A stretch of 64,000 nt of DNA, from assembly GCA_963727505.1 (NCBI GenBank), contig CAVSGP010000004.1, positions 288,001 to 352,000 of the forward strand, given 5' to 3'. A program made the position numbers and the translations under genes. How positions within the stretch are numbered: the first letter of the stretch is position 1; every line of letters begins with the position of its first letter. Below, one piece after another: positions 35,524-46,166 of this stretch. The notes under the pieces are model-generated. The model did not search any database. It was not told where the DNA came from and saw only the letters and a program-made list of their open reading frames with translations. The DNA is from an uncultured Trueperaceae bacterium (lineage in GTDB: Bacteria > Deinococcota > Deinococci > Deinococcales > Trueperaceae).

Positions 35524-35854
35524 CGCGGGGACCGGCCCGCCGAAACGCGAGCGAGCCGCGCTCCTCGGGAGCGCGCCTCGGCCTCGACACTTCCTCGGCC
35601 CGTCCGGTACGCTCGGTCACAAGGGCGCGCTCGTCGTCCGACCGGGTTTCGGCACCGCCGCGACGCGGACCTTCCGGATCCGGGAGCGCCCGCAGGCGGA
35701 ACCGGCTATTTCCTTGCAATGGGGGTATCTCGCTGGGCGCGACGGCGTCTCACCATCTTGCGTGGGATCCACCGCGTCCCGGACGGGGGTTTGGCTCCCG
35801 TCCGACCCCGGCGTATTCGGGTAGAATCGAACCTTGTGAGGAGTGTACGCGCTG

Positions 35855-36868
35855 ATGCCTAGTTCCGACCGGCTACTCGAGGTCACGGACCTCAAGACCT
35901 ACTTCGACACCGACGAAGGCGTCGTGAAGGCCGTCGACGGGGTGAGCTTCCACCTCGACAAGGGCGAGACGCTTGCCGTGGTGGGCGAGTCCGGCTCCGG
36001 CAAGTCCGTCACCAGCCTCTCGGTCATGCGCCTCATCCCCACCCCTCCGGGACGGATCGCGTCCGGCCAGATGCTGTTCGAGGGCCAGGACCTGGCCCGC
36101 AAGAGCGAGCGCGACATGCGCCGGATCCGTGGCAACGACATCTCCATGATCTTCCAGGAGCCCATGACGAGCCTCAACCCGGTGTACACCGTGGGCGACC
36201 AGATCGCTGAGGCCATCGTCCTGCACCAGGGCAAGAGCTACCGCGATGCCATGAAGGTGGCCGTCGACATGCTGGATCTGGTCGGCATCCCCGAACCCGG
36301 CAAGCGCGTGAAGAACTACCCGCACCAGATGTCGGGCGGCATGCGGCAGCGCGTCATGATCGCCATGGCACTCTCCTGCGGGCCCAAGTTGCTGATCGCC
36401 GACGAGCCCACCACGGCCCTCGACGTGACCATCCAGGCGCAGATCCTCGACCTGATGCGCAAGCTGCAACGCGAGATCGGCATGTCCATCCTCTTCATCA
36501 CCCACGACCTGGGCGTCGTCGCTGAGATCGCCGACCGCGTGGTGGTGATGTACGCCGGACGGGCCGTGGAAGAGGGCGACGTCAACGATATCTTCGCCCG
36601 GCCCCAGATGCCTTACACGCTTGGCCTGATGAACTCCATCCCGCGCGTCGACCGCGCCGCCGAGCACCAGGACCGCCTCGAGGCCATCCCTGGCAACGTG
36701 CCCAACCCGCTCTACCTGCCCGAAGGCTGCGCCTTCCATCCGCGCTGCCGCTTCGCCACCCCCGAGTGCAAGGAAGCCATCCCGGCTCTCGAAGACACCG
36801 GCAACGGCCACATGGTGCGATGCATACGCTGGAAGGACCTCGATCTCAAGCAGGAGATGGTGGCATGA
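35855..36868 (+). CDS. Oligopeptide ABC transporter ATP-binding protein (OppD-like)
   Basis: [29 protein letters not shown]. Confidence 0.95.
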   Translation: MPSSDRLLEVTDLKTYFDTDEGVVKAVDGVSFHLDKGETLAVVGESGSGKSVTSLSVMRLIPTPPGRIASGQMLFEGQDLARKSERDMRRIRGNDISMIFQEPMTSLNPVYTVGDQIAEAIVLHQGKSYRDAMKVAVDMLDLVGIPEPGKRVKNYPHQMSGGMRQRVMIAMALSCGPKLLIADEPTTALDVTIQAQILDLMRKLQREIGMSILFITHDLGVVAEIADRVVVMYAGRAVEEGDVNDIFARPQMPYTLGLMNSIPRVDRAAEHQDRLEAIPGNVPNPLYLPEGCAFHPRCRFATPECKEAIPALEDTGNGHMVRCIRWKDLDLKQEMVA

Positions 36869-37878
36869 CTTCGTCGACGACCCGCGCGGAATCCGAAGCG
36901 ATCCGCGACGCCACGGACAACCTCCTCGAGGTCCGCAACCTTCGCAAGTACTTCCCCATCCGCGGCGGGATCTTCTCACGCGTCGTGGCGAACGTCAAGG
37001 CAGTCGAGGACGTGTCGTTCGAGATCAAGAAGGGCGAGGTCGTGGGGTTGGTGGGCGAATCGGGCTCCGGCAAGACCACGGCCGGCCGCAGCATCCTGAG
37101 GCTCATCGAACCCACCGACGGCGAGATCCTGTTCAATGGCGTCGACATCGCCAAGCTCCCCAAGGCGAAGATGCGGGACTACCGCAAGGAGATGCAGATC
37201 ATCTTCCAGGATCCCTTCGCCAGCCTGAATCCGCGCATGTCGGTCGGCGACATCATCGGCGAGGCCATGACCATCCACAACCTCGCTCGCGGCAAGGACA
37301 AGGAGCAGCGCGTCGCTGACCTGCTCGATCGCGTCGGCATGTCCCCGAACCACATGCGCCGCTACCCGCACGAGTTCTCCGGCGGACAGCGCCAGCGCAT
37401 CGGCATCGCCCGCGCCCTCGCGGTGGACCCGCAGTTCATCGTGGCCGACGAGCCGGTGTCCGCGCTCGACGTGTCCATCCAGGCGCAGGTCGTCAACCTC
37501 CTCCAGGACCTCAAGGAGGAGCTGGGCCTGACGCTGCTGTTCATCGCGCACGACCTGGGCGTGGTGGAGTACATCAGCGACCGCGTCGTGGTGATGTACC
37601 TGGGCCGCGTCATGGAGGTCGCTCCTTCGAAGGACCTCTACGCCAACCCGATCCACCCCTATACCGAGGCGCTGCTGTCGGCCGTGCCCATCCCGGACCC
37701 CACCATCAAGCGCGACCGCGTCATCCTGCAAGGTGACATCCCCAGTCCCATCAACCCACCCTCCGGCTGCGTGTTCCGCACGCGCTGCCCGATCGCGGTG
37801 GAGGACTGCGCCCACGTGGTGCCGCCGCTCGAAGAGGTGAGCCCCGGTCACTTCAAAGCCTGCATCCGGCGGCCCTGA
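36865..37878 (+). CDS. Oligopeptide ABC transporter ATP-binding protein (OppF-like)
   Basis: [32 protein letters not shown]. Confidence 0.95.
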   Translation: MTSSTTRAESEAIRDATDNLLEVRNLRKYFPIRGGIFSRVVANVKAVEDVSFEIKKGEVVGLVGESGSGKTTAGRSILRLIEPTDGEILFNGVDIAKLPKAKMRDYRKEMQIIFQDPFASLNPRMSVGDIIGEAMTIHNLARGKDKEQRVADLLDRVGMSPNHMRRYPHEFSGGQRQRIGIARALAVDPQFIVADEPVSALDVSIQAQVVNLLQDLKEELGLTLLFIAHDLGVVEYISDRVVVMYLGRVMEVAPSKDLYANPIHPYTEALLSAVPIPDPTIKRDRVILQGDIPSPINPPSGCVFRTRCPIAVEDCAHVVPPLEEVSPGHFKACIRRP

Positions 37879-37921
37879 GGCCGGTGCTGGCAACGCCTCG
37901 GCGCGAGCGCGAGGGGACGTC

Positions 37922-38938
37922 GTGAACGCGCCCGCCAGCGACCTTCCGGCACGCATCCGGCAGGCTGTCGTGGCGGCGTTGCCCGAGGGTCACAGCCATC
38001 CGGAGCTGCGGCGCTTCATCGAGCTGCAGCGTGCCTACCCGGAGCGCGCCGGCAAGACCCTGCGCGGCCAGATCGTGGTGCTCTCGGCCCGCGCGCATGC
38101 CGGCGACGAGCGATCGGCGCTGACCGCCGCCGCCGGCGTCGAGCTCTTCCAGAACTGGGTGCTGGTCCACGACGACATCGAGGACGACTCGGAGGAGCGC
38201 CGGGGACGGCCCGCCCTGCATCGGCTCGTCGGAACACCGATCGCGATCAACGTTGGCGACGCACTCCACGTTGCGATGTGGCGGCTCGTGATGTCGCTCC
38301 CCCCGGTCTCCGCCGGCGGACTCGATCGGGAAGCCGTCCTGCAGGAGTTCCTGTGGATGATCGAACGCACCGCCGAGGGGCAGCACCTCGATCTGAGCTG
38401 GGTCGCGTCCGGCCGCTTCGACGTCACCGAAGAGGACTACCTGACCATGGTCACGCTCAAGACGGCCTACTACACGGTCGTCTGCCCCCTGCGGCTGGGA
38501 GCAGCCTGTGCCGGCGTTGAGCCCTCGCCCGTCTTCGAGGCGGCCGGGATCGATCTGGGCGTCGCCTTCCAGATCCGCGATGACGTCCTGAACCTCACGC
38601 CCGGCATCGCATACGGCAAGGAGTTCGCCGGCGACCTCTACGAGGGCAAACGCACCCTCATCCTCGCCCACCTGCTGGCGAATGCCTCGAGCAGCGAGCG
38701 CGACGAGGTCGTGGAGGTGCTGGCCGAACCCCGCGACGTCAAGAGCCCCGACGGGATCCGTCGCGTACTCGATGCCATCGAGCGCCACGGCTCGCTGGCC
38801 TACGCCCAGTCCGTTGCGGAGGACCGCGCACGGCGCGGGCTCGCGCGCCTGTCCGAGGCGTTCGCGCCCCTGCCGGGTCGGCCGGCCGCGAACGAACTCG
38901 AAACGCTCCTCCGGTCGCTGGCGCTCCGCTCCACCTGA
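37922..38938 (+). CDS. Polyprenyl diphosphate synthase (GGPP synthase-like)
   Basis: GKTLR, VHDDIEDDSEERRG, GQHLD, KTAYY, FQIRDD, DLYEGKRT. Confidence 0.92.
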   Translation: MNAPASDLPARIRQAVVAALPEGHSHPELRRFIELQRAYPERAGKTLRGQIVVLSARAHAGDERSALTAAAGVELFQNWVLVHDDIEDDSEERRGRPALHRLVGTPIAINVGDALHVAMWRLVMSLPPVSAGGLDREAVLQEFLWMIERTAEGQHLDLSWVASGRFDVTEEDYLTMVTLKTAYYTVVCPLRLGAACAGVEPSPVFEAAGIDLGVAFQIRDDVLNLTPGIAYGKEFAGDLYEGKRTLILAHLLANASSSERDEVVEVLAEPRDVKSPDGIRRVLDAIERHGSLAYAQSVAEDRARRGLARLSEAFAPLPGRPAANELETLLRSLALRST

Positions 38939-39019
38939 CGCTCCCGCTCCTGCCCAGGACTGGCCGATCGCAGCCCATCACCGCCTCTCCCGGCCACGGG
39001 GTCCGGCTAGAGTCTGGGC

Positions 39020-39666
39020 ATGACCGTTCCCCTGCGTGCGCTCCGGTCCGCCTTGGAGGCGGGAGTGTCCGCGACCCTGGGCGCGACCCTGGGCGCGCTC
39101 CTGCCCTGCCCGGCCTGCGGCGCCCGGCCCGCCGGCCGGCGGGGCTGCTGCGGCCGCTGCCGTCGCCGAGCCTGCCGTCCAGGGCGCCTCGGCGACGCGT
39201 TGTGGCTGGGGCCGTATACAGGGCCGCTCGGACGTGCGGTGCGCGCCCTGAAGTACCGCGGCGCCACGCGGCTGGCCGGCTGGCTGGGCGAGAGACTGGC
39301 GCGCGAGGTGGCCGACGCCGGCTGGCACCCTACGGTGGTGAGCGCGGTGCCCTTGCACCCCTCCCGCCGTCGCCGGCGCGGCCATGACCAGGCGCTGCTG
39401 CTGGCCCGCCATGCGGCCGCCGCGCTCCACGTGCCCTACCGCCCGCTCCTGGTGCGCACCCGCGCCACGGAGTCACAAGCCCGGCTGAGCCGCGAAGCAC
39501 GCTTGCGCAACGTAGTGGGCGCCTTCCGCAGCGAGCGGGCGCCCGGCGCCTCGGTCCTGCTGGTGGACGACGTGCTCACCACCGGCGCCACCGCCGCGGC
39601 CTGCCGTGAGGCGCTTTACGCCGCCGGTGCATCCAGGGTTCACCTGGCCGTCATCGCCCGCTCTGA
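39020..39666 (+). CDS. comF: ComF family protein (zinc finger plus PRTase); expected stop is out of frame, see findings
   Basis: CPAC..CGRC, ALKY, VPLH..RRRRRGHDQA, VLLVDDVLTTGAT; recognisable homology ends at VIARS. Confidence 0.85.
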
Positions 39667-39721
39667 ACGCTCGCACTCGCCGTCTGCGACGTCGCGCGTG
39701 CCGACCGCGCCTCCGCTCCGC

Positions 39722-40165
39722 TCAAAGGGCGACCAGCAGGGCGGTCGTGATGCCGACCAGGGCCCCCACCAGCACCTGCGGGTAGGTGTGCCCGAGGAGC
39801 GTCTTGAGCGCCTGGGGTTGGAAGCCCTCGTCGAACAGGTGCGCGAGCTCCTGCACGAGGTCGTTGATCAGCTCGGCCTGCACGCCGGCCGCCCTGCGGA
39901 TACCGGTGGCGTCGTACATCACGATCGAGCCGAAGACCGCTGCGATCGCGAACTGCGGGCTCCCCCAGCCGAAGCGCAGACCGAGCGACGTCGCCAGCGC
40001 CGTGACGGCAGCCGTGTGCGACGAAGGCATCCCGCCGGTCTCGAGAAACCTCCCGAGGGCCAGACGCCGCTCGGTCATGACGACGAGCAGCACCTTCAGG
40101 ATCTGCGCCGCAGAAGTCGCGATCAGCGCGGTCAGCAACACGCCGTTGGACAGCACCGTGCTCAT
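39722..40165 (-). CDS. Divergent PAP2 family protein (DUF212)
   Basis: TGGMPSSH, VMYDATGIRR, LLGHT. Confidence 0.92.
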   Translation of the reverse strand: MSTVLSNGVLLTALIATSAAQILKVLLVVMTERRLALGRFLETGGMPSSHTAAVTALATSLGLRFGWGSPQFAIAAVFGSIVMYDATGIRRAAGVQAELINDLVQELAHLFDEGFQPQALKTLLGHTYPQVLVGALVGITTALLVAL

Positions 40166-41004
40166 CCGCTCGAGCGCCTGCGCCGGGCCGCCTCCACGGT
40201 GGTGTCGATGACCATGGCCACCGTCATCAGGCCCGTGCCCCCGGGCATCGGGGTCAGGTGACCCGCCACCTCGGCGACGTCCGGCGCGACGTCCCCTACG
40301 ATGCCCTGCTCCTCCCGGGTCATGCCGACATCGAGCACGGCGGCCCCAGGCTTGACCATCCACCCGCTGATCATCCGGGCACGGCCCGCCGCGGCGACCA
40401 CGATGTCCCCTTGCCGTACGACGTCACCGAGGTCGCGCGTGCGCGAGTGCGCCATCGTCACCGTGGCGTTGCGGTGCTGGAACAGCGCGGCCGCCGGCCG
40501 GCCGACCAGGTTCGAGCGCCCCACGATGACCACGTGCCGCCCCTCGATCTCGACACCGTAATGGTCGAGAAGCGCCAGCAGCCCGCGCGGCGTGGCGGGC
40601 GCCAGGGCGGGACGGCCGGTCCACAGCCGGCCCACGTTGACCGGGTGCAAGCCGTCGACGTCCTTGTCGGGATCGATGAGGTCGAGCACCGGCTGCGACG
40701 CCAGACCGTCGGGCAACGGTAGCTGCACCAGGATGCCGTCGACCTCCGGGTCGGCGTTCAGGTCGCCGATGAGCTTCTCCAGCGCGCCCTGCGACGTCCC
40801 CACCGGCAACACGTGCGTCTCGGACACGACTCCCACGCGCTTCGCCATGCGCTCCTTGGAGCGGACATAGAACGCGCTCGCCGGGTCCTCTCCGACCCGG
40901 ACGAACACCAGCTTGGGCGCGAAGGCGAGCTCCGCCACCGTCTCCTTGAGCCGCTCGGCCACCGCCGCCGAGACCACCTTGCCGTCGAGCCTGATCGCCG
41001 CCAC
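40162..41004 (-). CDS. folD: Methylenetetrahydrofolate dehydrogenase/cyclohydrolase
   Basis: GILVQLPLP, KDVDGLHP, GRSNLVGRP, TPMPGGTG. Confidence 0.96.
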   Translation of the reverse strand: MAAIRLDGKVVSAAVAERLKETVAELAFAPKLVFVRVGEDPASAFYVRSKERMAKRVGVVSETHVLPVGTSQGALEKLIGDLNADPEVDGILVQLPLPDGLASQPVLDLIDPDKDVDGLHPVNVGRLWTGRPALAPATPRGLLALLDHYGVEIEGRHVVIVGRSNLVGRPAAALFQHRNATVTMAHSRTRDLGDVVRQGDIVVAAAGRARMISGWMVKPGAAVLDVGMTREEQGIVGDVAPDVAEVAGHLTPMPGGTGLMTVAMVIDTTVEAARRRRSSG

Positions 41005-41017
41005 GTGTTACCTCATC

Positions 41018-41494
41018 TCATGCTCGTTCGCCGGCCAGGCGCCGGAACAGCTTGGCCAGCACGCCGTTGACGAAGCGTCCGGACTCCTCGCCGCCGAACT
41101 TCTTGGCGAGCCGGACCGCCATCTCGATCGCAACTTCCGGGGGCCCAGGGGGCCCGTACCTCATCTCGGTCACCGCCAGGCGCAACACGTTGAGATCGGT
41201 CTGCGCCATCTGGCCGAAGCTCCAACCGCTGACGAGGTCGGTCAGCTCGCTGTCGACCTCGTCCCGGTGCTCGGCATACGCCCGCACCAGGGTCTGCGCG
41301 AAATCGAGGGCCGGGGTATCCAGGCCCTCGCCGTAGGCCGCGTCCGCCTCCGGCTCGGGCTCCTCGAGCGCCTCCTCGCGGACCTGACGCCAGACCTCGA
41401 GGACCGGAGTACCTCCACGCTCGGATTGGAACAGGGTGCGGAACGCCAGCTCGCGTGCCTTCCGCCTAGCCACCGGGCGGTTCCTCCGGAGCAT
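41018..41494 (-). CDS. nusB: Transcription antitermination factor NusB
   Basis: RRKARE, DLNVLRLA, AVRLAKKF, FVNGVL; alternative start at 41473. Confidence 0.94.
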   Translation of the reverse strand: MLRRNRPVARRKARELAFRTLFQSERGGTPVLEVWRQVREEALEEPEPEADAAYGEGLDTPALDFAQTLVRAYAEHRDEVDSELTDLVSGWSFGQMAQTDLNVLRLAVTEMRYGPPGPPEVAIEMAVRLAKKFGGEESGRFVNGVLAKLFRRLAGERA

Positions 41495-41810
41495 CGACGC
41501 TCTCCACGTTGACGTTGACGCTCCGGACCTTCAGGCCGGTCATCGACGCCACCGCCTCCCGCACCGACGTCTGCGCCCGCGACGCCACGGCGGGGATCTC
41601 CACGCCGTAGGCAACCGCCACCCGCAGGTCGACGTACACGTCCGCGCCTTCGCGCTCGATCTGGATCCCCTTCGCGCGGCGGCCGCTCAGGAACTCGCCG
41701 ACCCGGGCCGGCGGCACGATCGGTCGCATGCCCTCGATCTCGTCGAGGGCGAGCTGAGCGATGCCGTACAGCACATCGGGGGCGATCTCGAGATCGGGAC
41801 CTTCGGTCAC
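41466..41810 (-). CDS. Asp23/Gls24 family protein
   Basis: VAYGVEIPAVA..Q..VREAVASMTGLKV..VNV; usual position between accC and nusB. Confidence 0.9.
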   Translation of the reverse strand: MTEGPDLEIAPDVLYGIAQLALDEIEGMRPIVPPARVGEFLSGRRAKGIQIEREGADVYVDLRVAVAYGVEIPAVASRAQTSVREAVASMTGLKVRSVNVNVESVDAPEEPPGG

Positions 41811-43144
41811 GGTGACATCCTTCGAGCCACGAAGTTGGTGTAGATCGCGCCACGCCGGAAGAAAGCGTTGTCCAGGACCTTCAGGTGGAACGGCACGGTG
41901 GTCTTCACCCCTTCGATGACGGTCTCGCGCAGGGCGCGCTCCATGCGGGCGATCGCCTCTTGCCGGGTAGGCGCCCAGGCGATGATCTTGGCGATGAGGC
42001 TGTCGTAGTTGGGCGGGATGCGATAGCCGGCGTAGACGTGCGAGTCCACACGGATGCCCGGCCCGCCGGGCCAGTGGACGTCGCTGATGGTTCCCGCCGA
42101 GGGGCGGAAGTCGTGGTCGGGGTCCTCCGCGGTGACCCGCACCTCGATGGCGTGCCCCTCCAGGCGCACGTCCTCCTGGGCCAGCGAGAGGCCCATGCCG
42201 GCCGCGACCCGGAACTGCTCCTGCACCAGATCGAAGCGGGTGACCATCTCGGTGGTCGGGTGTTCGACCTGGATGCGCGTGTTCATCTCGCTGAAGTAGA
42301 AGTTGCCGTCGCGGTCGACCAGGAACTCGCACGTGCCGGCGCCGCGATACTCGATGTGGCGCGCAAGCTTCACGGCGGCCTCGATGATGCGCTGGCGCAG
42401 GTCGTCGTCGACGATGCTGGGCGCCTCCTCCAGCATCTTCTGGTAGCGACGCTGGATCGAGCAGTCGCGCTCGAAGAAGTGGATCACGTTGCCCTCGCCG
42501 TCCCCGAACACCTGCACCTCGATGTGCTTGGGCTCCTCCAGGTACTTCTCCATGTAGAGCTCGGGATTGGCGAAGGCGGCCCGCGCTTCCTCCTGGGCGT
42601 TCACGAACTGCCGCTCGAGGTCCTGGAAGCTGTGGACGACGCGCATGCCGCGCCCCCCACCCCCTGCCGAAGCCTTGAGGATGAGCGGGAAGCCGATGCG
42701 CTCGGCGAACGCTCGAGCAGCGTCCAGGTCCTTGAGCGGCTCCGACCCCGGCGTGATCGGGACCCCCGCCTCCTCGGCCAGCCGCCGCGCGGCCGCCTTG
42801 TCGCCGATGCGCTGGATGTTCTCGGCGCGGGGGCCGATGAAGACGAGATTGTGCTCCTCGCACTTCTCCGCGAACTCCGCATTCTCGGCCAGGAAGCCGT
42901 AGCCCGGATGGATCGCCTCGGCGCCGGTCACCAGCGCCGCGGACAGGATGTTACGGACGTTGAGGTAGCTCGCGCTCGCGGGGGCGGGGCCGATGCAGAT
43001 GGCCTCGTCGGCGAGCAGGACCGGCAGCGAGTTCTCATCGACCTGTGAGTACACCACCACCGTCTGGATGCCGAGCTCACGCGCGGCGCGCAGCACGCGC
43101 AGGGCGATCTCGCCTCGGTTCGCGATCAGGATCTTGCGGAACAC
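41807..43144 (-). CDS. accC: Acetyl-CoA carboxylase biotin carboxylase
   Basis: IANRGEIA, HPGYGFLAEN, ERDCSIQRR, EMNTRIQVEH. Confidence 0.97.
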   Translation of the reverse strand: MFRKILIANRGEIALRVLRAARELGIQTVVVYSQVDENSLPVLLADEAICIGPAPASASYLNVRNILSAALVTGAEAIHPGYGFLAENAEFAEKCEEHNLVFIGPRAENIQRIGDKAAARRLAEEAGVPITPGSEPLKDLDAARAFAERIGFPLILKASAGGGGRGMRVVHSFQDLERQFVNAQEEARAAFANPELYMEKYLEEPKHIEVQVFGDGEGNVIHFFERDCSIQRRYQKMLEEAPSIVDDDLRQRIIEAAVKLARHIEYRGAGTCEFLVDRDGNFYFSEMNTRIQVEHPTTEMVTRFDLVQEQFRVAAGMGLSLAQEDVRLEGHAIEVRVTAEDPDHDFRPSAGTISDVHWPGGPGIRVDSHVYAGYRIPPNYDSLIAKIIAWAPTRQEAIARMERALRETVIEGVKTTVPFHLKVLDNAFFRRGAIYTNFVARRMSP

Positions 43145-43162
43145 GATGTCGGTCCCCGAGCC

Positions 43163-43659
<497 letters not shown>

Positions 43660-43660
<1 letters not shown>

Positions 43661-44217
43661 CAGGCACGCCCCAGGTATTCGCCGCTGCGCGTGTCGACGC
43701 GGATCACCTCGCCCTGCTCGATGAACAGGGGCACGTTGACGGTCGCCCCCGACTCGAGAAGCGCAGGCTTGTTGCCGCCCGAGACGGTGTCCCCGCGTAC
43801 GCCGGGATCGGTCTGCGTGATCTCGAGCTCGACCACGTTGGGCAACGTGACCTTGAGGGGTCTGCCCTGGTAGTAGTCCACCGTCACCTCCAGGTTGGGC
43901 TTGAGGAAGCGGGCCGTTTCACCGATCTGGTCCCGGCTCAGCACGGGTTGCTCGAACGTCTCCATATCCATGAAGGTGCACAGGTCACCGTCGGCGAACA
44001 GGTACTGCATCTGACGGTAGTCGATGAAGATGTCCTGCAGCTTCTCCGTGGCGTTGAAAGTGCGCTCGACGATCGACCCGCTCTCCAGGCTGCGGAACTT
44101 GCCGACCACCTTGGCACCCCCCCGCCCGATCTTCTGGTGCTGGTAGTCCAGGCACTCCCACAGGCCGCCATCCATCTCGACCTTCGTCCCGTTGCGCAGG
44201 TCCGTCACACTGATCAT
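43660..44217 (-). CDS. efp: Elongation factor P
   Basis: HQKIGRGGA loop, TDPGVRGDT, VPLFI, DTRSGEY. Confidence 0.96.
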
Positions 44218-44361
44218 CCACTAGCCTCCGACGCATCACGGCACGTACCCGACCGCAGATGGCGGCACGCGCTCGCGGAAGTTCAAGACGCAGCACAGTG
44301 TAGCACCCGGGCACGCGTGCCCCTGGCGCGCCGTGCTGCTCGTTCAACGCTCTGGGCGCCT

Positions 44362-45264
44362 TCAGGACGTGAGCTCGAGCACCGTCGGCTCGAGCCCCGC
44401 CTCCTCGATCATGGCACGGTAGCGCTCGGCGGAGAGCTCGCCCGAGCCTCCATCGATGGCGACGAACGCGGCCTCCAACAGATTCGTACCCACGCTGCGC
44501 CCGTCGAAACGTGGGGTGGTCGTGATCAGGGTACGCACGCCGCGCGCCTTCAGGAAGGCGACATCGGACTCGGTGGTGGTGTTGGTGAGCACCGTCTTGC
44601 CACGCATATCGTCGGGGGCGTAGCGACGGATGAAGTGCCAGTCTCCCGCGATGACGTCGGCCCAGCGGTAGTAGCGCGAGAAGCGCTCGGTGGTGACCTC
44701 GGTCTCCTGGCTCGCCCCTACCGGGTAGAGCCACTTGAACGGGAGCTTCACGAACACCGGCAAGAGGACCGTGGCGAGGGCATGCAGGGTCCCCAACCGG
44801 TACAGCGGGATCGGCAGGCCCAGCGAGAAGATGAAGTCTCCGAACAGCACGTGGGCGCCGTGCGACGCCAGCTCCTCAGCCATGCCGAAGCGGTCGAGCG
44901 CGGAGACCATCAGCACCTTGCGTCCCTGCCACGGCAGCCGGTCCGAGAGTGCCCGCACCATGGCCCGCTCCAGGCTGTTCTTCAGGCCTGCGCCGCACAC
45001 CACCGGCGTGCGCTTCGCCGCCGCAGCGAGGCCGCGCGCGTCGCGAAAGTAGTAGCGCCGGCTCCCCACCGGAAGGAAGAGGTCGATGCCCCCCAGACCG
45101 ATGGCGTCGACCTCGCCGTCGAGCTCACGGATGAGGTCACGCGCGGCGTCGAAGTCGCCCTGCGTCCCCCGCCGTTCCAGGTGGACCTGCTCGCCCAGGA
45201 TGCTGACGGTCTGATCGGTATCGCGCGTGGCCGAACCGAGGGAGACGCTGACGACATGCTTCAT
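44362..45264 (-). CDS. Conserved hypothetical protein (family often labelled 'quinate 5-dehydrogenase'; function unverified)
   Basis: MKHVVSVSLGS..RD, DAIGLGGID, GLKNSLER, DRFGM, WLYPVG, GDWH, TNTTT, GRSVGTN; ATG 7 nt after TATCCT. Confidence 0.75.
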   Translation of the reverse strand: MKHVVSVSLGSATRDTDQTVSILGEQVHLERRGTQGDFDAARDLIRELDGEVDAIGLGGIDLFLPVGSRRYYFRDARGLAAAAKRTPVVCGAGLKNSLERAMVRALSDRLPWQGRKVLMVSALDRFGMAEELASHGAHVLFGDFIFSLGLPIPLYRLGTLHALATVLLPVFVKLPFKWLYPVGASQETEVTTERFSRYYRWADVIAGDWHFIRRYAPDDMRGKTVLTNTTTESDVAFLKARGVRTLITTTPRFDGRSVGTNLLEAAFVAIDGGSGELSAERYRAMIEEAGLEPTVLELTS

Positions 45265-45353
45265 GGCGGAAAGGATACACCGTCGTCTCCCCGGGGCACA
45301 CATCCCTGCTCGCCCCGTGCGGTCGGGGTCGCGATTCTCCGTCAGGCCCAGGG

Positions 45354-45890
45354 TCAGCCGAGCTGCTTGGCGTACCAGTCGAGCACGGGCTTCGCGTCGA
45401 TCGCGAAGGCGTACCCCAGTCTCTCCCAGAAGCGGCGCGCGCGCGGATTCTGCCCGTAGATGCTGGCGAGCACCCGTCGCACGCGGCCGCGTAGACGCTC
45501 TTCGAGATCGCGCACGCATTGGCCGCCGATGCCGCGCCCCTGCAGGTCGCCTTCGACCAACAGCAAGTTGACCGTGGCATCTCCGGCGTCGGGGTAGTCG
45601 AGCTTGTAGTCGAGGTAGCCCACGACCTGACGCCCGCTCACCGGGTCCTCGAGTTCGGTATCGCGCGGAAGGCGCTCATGAGGAGGCAAGAGCACCAGCT
45701 CGATTCGCCGCCGGCTGTCGCGGACCGCGGTGTCGAGGTCCGTCTTGACTTCGGCGAGCGTCGGGATCGGGATGGAGATGACGTCGAAATAGCCGGGGGT
45801 CTTCTCGTAGAGTCGATGGACCAGGGTGGCATCTGACGCGTCGGCGGGACGCGTCAGGGCACCGGGCGACGTCAGATTCAATGCGCTCAT
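45354..45890 (-). CDS. GNAT family N-acetyltransferase
   Basis: VGYLDYKLDYP, NLLLV..QGRGIG, NPRARRFWERLGY. Confidence 0.88.
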   Translation of the reverse strand: MSALNLTSPGALTRPADASDATLVHRLYEKTPGYFDVISIPIPTLAEVKTDLDTAVRDSRRRIELVLLPPHERLPRDTELEDPVSGRQVVGYLDYKLDYPDAGDATVNLLLVEGDLQGRGIGGQCVRDLEERLRGRVRRVLASIYGQNPRARRFWERLGYAFAIDAKPVLDWYAKQLG

Positions 45891-46122
45891 CCTTCCGGCA
45901 CTCCTCGCATGCACGGCACGTAGGTTTTGACGGCCACGGCACGAGTATATCGTGCCCGGCGGAACACTCGCGGAGGATTGGGTCACACGCCGAGGGCCCC
46001 TGGGGCCCGTTCCCGTTCGCTGGAGGACAGGGCGATAAGGAGGAAACATCGCTTGCGCCTGGGAGCACCATTGCGTAGGGTGTGACGAGCCATCGCCCCC
46101 GTGCAGGACTTCGACGGGTGCG

Positions 46123-46131
46123 TGCTATAGT
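46123..46131 (+). promoter_or_regulatory. Extended -10 promoter of the spt-like operon
   Basis: TG-C-TATAGT upstream of the GGAGG RBS. Confidence 0.55.
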
Positions 46132-46166
46132 GCCCTAATTGGCTTGCAGCCGCGTTGGAGGAAGTC

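Noticed and set aside
35615..35710. c-di-GMP-I riboswitch resemblance (ACAAGGGC..GACGC..CCTTCCGG)
   Set aside because: The conserved GCAAAC and GCAAAG segments and the GNRA loop are missing; the similarity is too weak.
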